Origin: a virus
Direction: 5' to 3' (one strand)
Virus record (IMG/VR): IMGVR_UViG_3300035001_000008
Coordinates: 32,001-96,000 of that record
Length of the DNA: 64,000 nt
The notes under the pieces were generated by a model, which was not told the origin of the DNA, did not search any database, and worked only from the letters and a program-made list of their open reading frames with translations. The position numbers and the translations under genes were made by a program. Of this stretch, positions 61,771-64,000 are shown in pieces; position 1 is the first letter of the stretch, and each line of letters begins with the position of its first letter.

Positions 61771-62562
61771 ATGCTTTTTATTCACTCTACTAACCTTTTA
61801 ATTGAAATTCAATTAGGTTTAATGAGGGGGGATTTTGAGCTTTATTATCAGCCTGTGCTTAGCTTAAAAGAAGATAAAGTAATAGGCTTTGAAGCTTTAG
61901 TTAGATGGAATCACAATAATTTAGGATTACTTAGCCCTGATAAGTTCATCCCATTTATTGAAAAGTTTGATTGGCTAGCTTGTCAGTTTAGCCGATATGT
62001 ACTTAAAAAAGCTGTTAAACAGGCTAAGGAATGGAATTGTGATGAGAATTTATACATTGCCGTCAATATTCCTACTGCCCATATCGGTAAGACTGGTTTT
62101 GCTAAGTTTGTAGACGATATTCTATTTGAAAATGGGCTTAGCCATTCTGCTTTAGTTTTAGAAATTACTGAATCAAGTTATGGTGACTTTGCACCAATTA
62201 TTAGAAGCTTAGCCAACCTTAAAGACCTAGGAAGTAGACCACACCTAGACGACTTTTTAACCGGCTTTAGTTCATTTGAAAGATTGCTTAGACTTGAAAA
62301 GTATTTAAGTGCTGTTAAAATATCAGAGCTTTTTGCCGCTAATTTAGTTGATAATTCTGATATTGTTCATCTTCTAGTAGGTGTAGCCCATTCAAGGAAT
62401 TTGAAAGTAATTTCAGAAGGAATTGAATCTCCTGCGCAATTAGATGTGGTTAAGCGGTTAGGTGTAGATGCTGCTCAAGGTTGGTTATGGTGCCCCGCCC
62501 TACCAGCAATTAAAGCTAAACAATGGGCTGAGGCTTATAACATCAAATATCAAACCGTATAA
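61771..62562 (+). CDS. Stand-alone EAL-domain c-di-GMP phosphodiesterase
   Basis: LYYQP, GFEALVRW, AVNI, LEITES, LDDFLTGFSS, VKI, SEGIES, QGWL. Confidence 0.93.
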   Translation: MLFIHSTNLLIEIQLGLMRGDFELYYQPVLSLKEDKVIGFEALVRWNHNNLGLLSPDKFIPFIEKFDWLACQFSRYVLKKAVKQAKEWNCDENLYIAVNIPTAHIGKTGFAKFVDDILFENGLSHSALVLEITESSYGDFAPIIRSLANLKDLGSRPHLDDFLTGFSSFERLLRLEKYLSAVKISELFAANLVDNSDIVHLLVGVAHSRNLKVISEGIESPAQLDVVKRLGVDAAQGWLWCPALPAIKAKQWAEAYNIKYQTV

Positions 62563-62782
62563 ATCGCTACAATTTAGTTATCCTTTTAATTAATAAAAAT
62601 GAAACTAAAGCGGCGAGGTGTTGAGTATCAATTTAAATTAGTTGAGCTTAAAACTACGGTTGACGATAAGGCTAGAATGCTTGAGAGTGAAGCACATCAA
62701 GCCGACAGGCGCAATGCTGAGACTTTGAGAGTATTGGTAATGCGTTGATTATCTTCATAGATGTACGGTTGGTCTTTATATT

Positions 62783-62817
62783 ACCTTTACCTAATGCTAC
62801 TCTCTAGCGTATATAAT
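62783..62817 (+). promoter_or_regulatory. Class B promoter of 62845..63015
   Basis: ACCTTTACCTAA-N17-TATAAT. Confidence 0.6.
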
Positions 62818-63034
62818 TTGAATATACGCAGAGGAATTAAACAAATGACCATCAACGATATCGCAGTAGGTGACACGGTTACTCTAGCCTCTGGCGAAAC
62901 TGCCAAAGTAAAAGATATTCAGTTTCTTAAAGTGTTTATTCAGAAAGTCAAGTTTGGCCCTGTTACATCCCTAAATGTGAATATTAAAGATCAAACTATT
63001 CAAGGTCTAGCCTAAAAATAAAACAAGCTAAAGT

Positions 63035-63062
63035 AAACCCCTAAGATGTCTTAGGGGTTTTT
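63035..63062. terminator. Bidirectional terminator (repeated family)
   Basis: AAACCCCTAAGA-TG-TCTTAGGGGTTTTT. Confidence 0.75.
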
Positions 63063-63071
63063 AGTGTGTAT

Positions 63072-63344
63072 CTAAGCAGCTTCATTAATTAATCGTTCTC
63101 TCAGTTCTTTAGCCATACCCATAAAAGATTCTGTATCAGATCCTAGCGTTTTACAGTGATTGTCAAAATCGTTAGGTGTTGCTGTAGATTTAACTTTATT
63201 AATACACCCAGGACGTTTAGCGTATACACAACATTTAGAATAAAAGGCTTCAGATGTCATAGATTTAGCTAAACCTAGCTCAGCCATTCTAGTAATAAAT
63301 AAATTGTCTTGCTTAGTTACACCACAAGCACTACAAGATTCCAT
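63072..63344 (-). CDS. Cys-rich hypothetical protein
   Basis: CSACGV...CC.YA...GCIN; overlaps the nblA stop, so probably co-transcribed. Confidence 0.55.
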   Translation of the reverse strand: MESCSACGVTKQDNLFITRMAELGLAKSMTSEAFYSKCCVYAKRPGCINKVKSTATPNDFDNHCKTLGSDTESFMGMAKELRERLINEAA

Positions 63345-63522
63345 TAAAGCTACCCCAAGTTTCTTTTTTCATAACGTTAACGGTTACTTGGTCTTTGCAG
63401 AGCATTAGGTAATGTACTTTAAGCAACATTTCTTTAGCTTGAGCTTCATTCATCTTTTCAACGCTAATTTCAAGGTTACGCTGGATGAATTGCTTTTCTG
63501 GTGAAAGTTGAATTGGTTGCAT
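63331..63522 (-). CDS. nblA: Phycobilisome degradation adaptor NblA
   Basis: PIQLSPEKQF......V..MN..QAKEML.....M..KD......MK...WG matches the NblA pattern LS.EQ.F.....V..MS..QA...L...Y.QM..R......LLK..WG. Confidence 0.85.
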   Translation of the reverse strand: MQPIQLSPEKQFIQRNLEISVEKMNEAQAKEMLLKVHYLMLCKDQVTVNVMKKETWGSFNGIL

Positions 63523-63543
63523 AATAAATACCGTTAATAATAG

Positions 63544-63774
63544 TTACTGAAAACTTTCCTTATATTCTTCATCGTTAAGGGAATAAACATCTAAATCAGA
63601 TTCTTTAGATGGAAATGAGGGTTGCCCTTTATTTTTACCTCTAGTTTTCAATCTACAAGACTCCCCTTTAATCAACACGCCATTGTTTGTACTCTCAATA
63701 ATTCTGTGATACCAATCGTCGCTAAGATTAAACTTGGTACGCATATACAAATCTAGCTTAGTAGGTCTATCCAT
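63544..63774 (-). CDS. Hypothetical protein upstream of nblA
   Basis: Preceded by AAGGA RBS and a minus-strand TTGCAT-N18-TAGAAT promoter at 63827-63798. Confidence 0.6.
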   Translation of the reverse strand: MDRPTKLDLYMRTKFNLSDDWYHRIIESTNNGVLIKGESCRLKTRGKNKGQPSFPSKESDLDVYSLNDEEYKESFQ

Positions 63775-64000
63775 TTATTCCTTTAATAACTGCACTCATT
63801 CTATCTAATATTTATCTAATATGCAATGCTTTAGTTAAATCTAATAGTAGGGCTGCTTTCTTCGAGCATAACGCCTCTCTCTAAATTAAATCGATACTTA
63901 TCAAGGCTGAGTATGCACTTCCATAACTCACCTTGATACCCGTCAATCTCACCGCCTACTAGCACCTGGTAAGGCTTAAAGCCTCTCCAAGATGATTCGT

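Larger units (their letters stand above)
41951..63015. other. Region of about 21 kb with roughly 60-70 small hypothetical ORFs in short promoter-to-terminator cassettes (early/host-takeover-like region)
   Basis: ORFs mostly 60-140 aa with strong AGGA RBSs, repeated terminator hairpins and repeated promoter motifs. Confidence 0.75.
1..64000. other. Segment of a large tailed cyanophage (possibly phage-plasmid) genome
   Basis: Terminase, portal, minor head protein, tailspike, endolysin/holin, ERF/SSB, homing endonucleases and dense small ORFs throughout; nblA and cyanobacterial-type thyX/tnpB; no host housekeeping genes seen. Confidence 0.93.

Noticed and set aside
63523-63830. NtcA box controlling nblA
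   Set aside because: No GTA-N8-TAC seen upstream of nblA or of the operon promoter.
1-64000. Integrase/att site, major capsid protein, tape measure, DNA polymerase, reverse transcriptase
   Set aside because: No ORF in the window shows their motifs; they presumably lie outside it or are too diverged to recognise by eye.

Overview
The window is 64 kb of an AT-rich tailed dsDNA phage, possibly a phage-plasmid. I saw no host chromosomal genes, integrase or major capsid gene. A cyanobacterial host is supported by an nblA homologue, a cyanobacterial-type ThyX (RTHR motif), a cyanobacterial-type IS200/IS605 TnpB, and cyanobacterial-style RHH, HTH and lysin-binding domains. Core genes lie mostly on the minus strand and are scattered: minor head protein (1.4-2.1 kb), lysis (5.2-6.2 kb), portal (11-13 kb), SSB/ERF (24-25 kb), tail/baseplate/tailspike (25.5-37.4 kb), TerL (37.5-39 kb) and a TerS-like gene (57 kb). 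Between them are many short, mostly plus-strand cassettes of small ORFs built as terminator-operator/promoter-strong RBS. The most notable observations are: (1) a genome-wide palindromic operator, RTCTAAYRYTAGAY, tied to two promoter classes with exact spacing; (2) a tRNA-Arg(UCU) whose conserved G19:C56 elbow pair is swapped to C19:G56 and whose CCA abuts a CAU-anticodon tRNA; (3) a 28-bp perfect inverted repeat in front of one of two paralogous Rep-like genes; (4) several predicted nucleotide-signal-handling proteins (stand-alone EAL phosphodiesterase, gp49/66 sponge-family protein, RelA/SpoT-type HD hydrolase, YspA SLOG, PPase-like domain fused to the portal); (5) tandem STAS-like DUF4325 paralogues behind an XRE regulator; (6) an orphan TnpB with intact catalytic residues. 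All family assignments come from motif recognition by eye; no searches were run.
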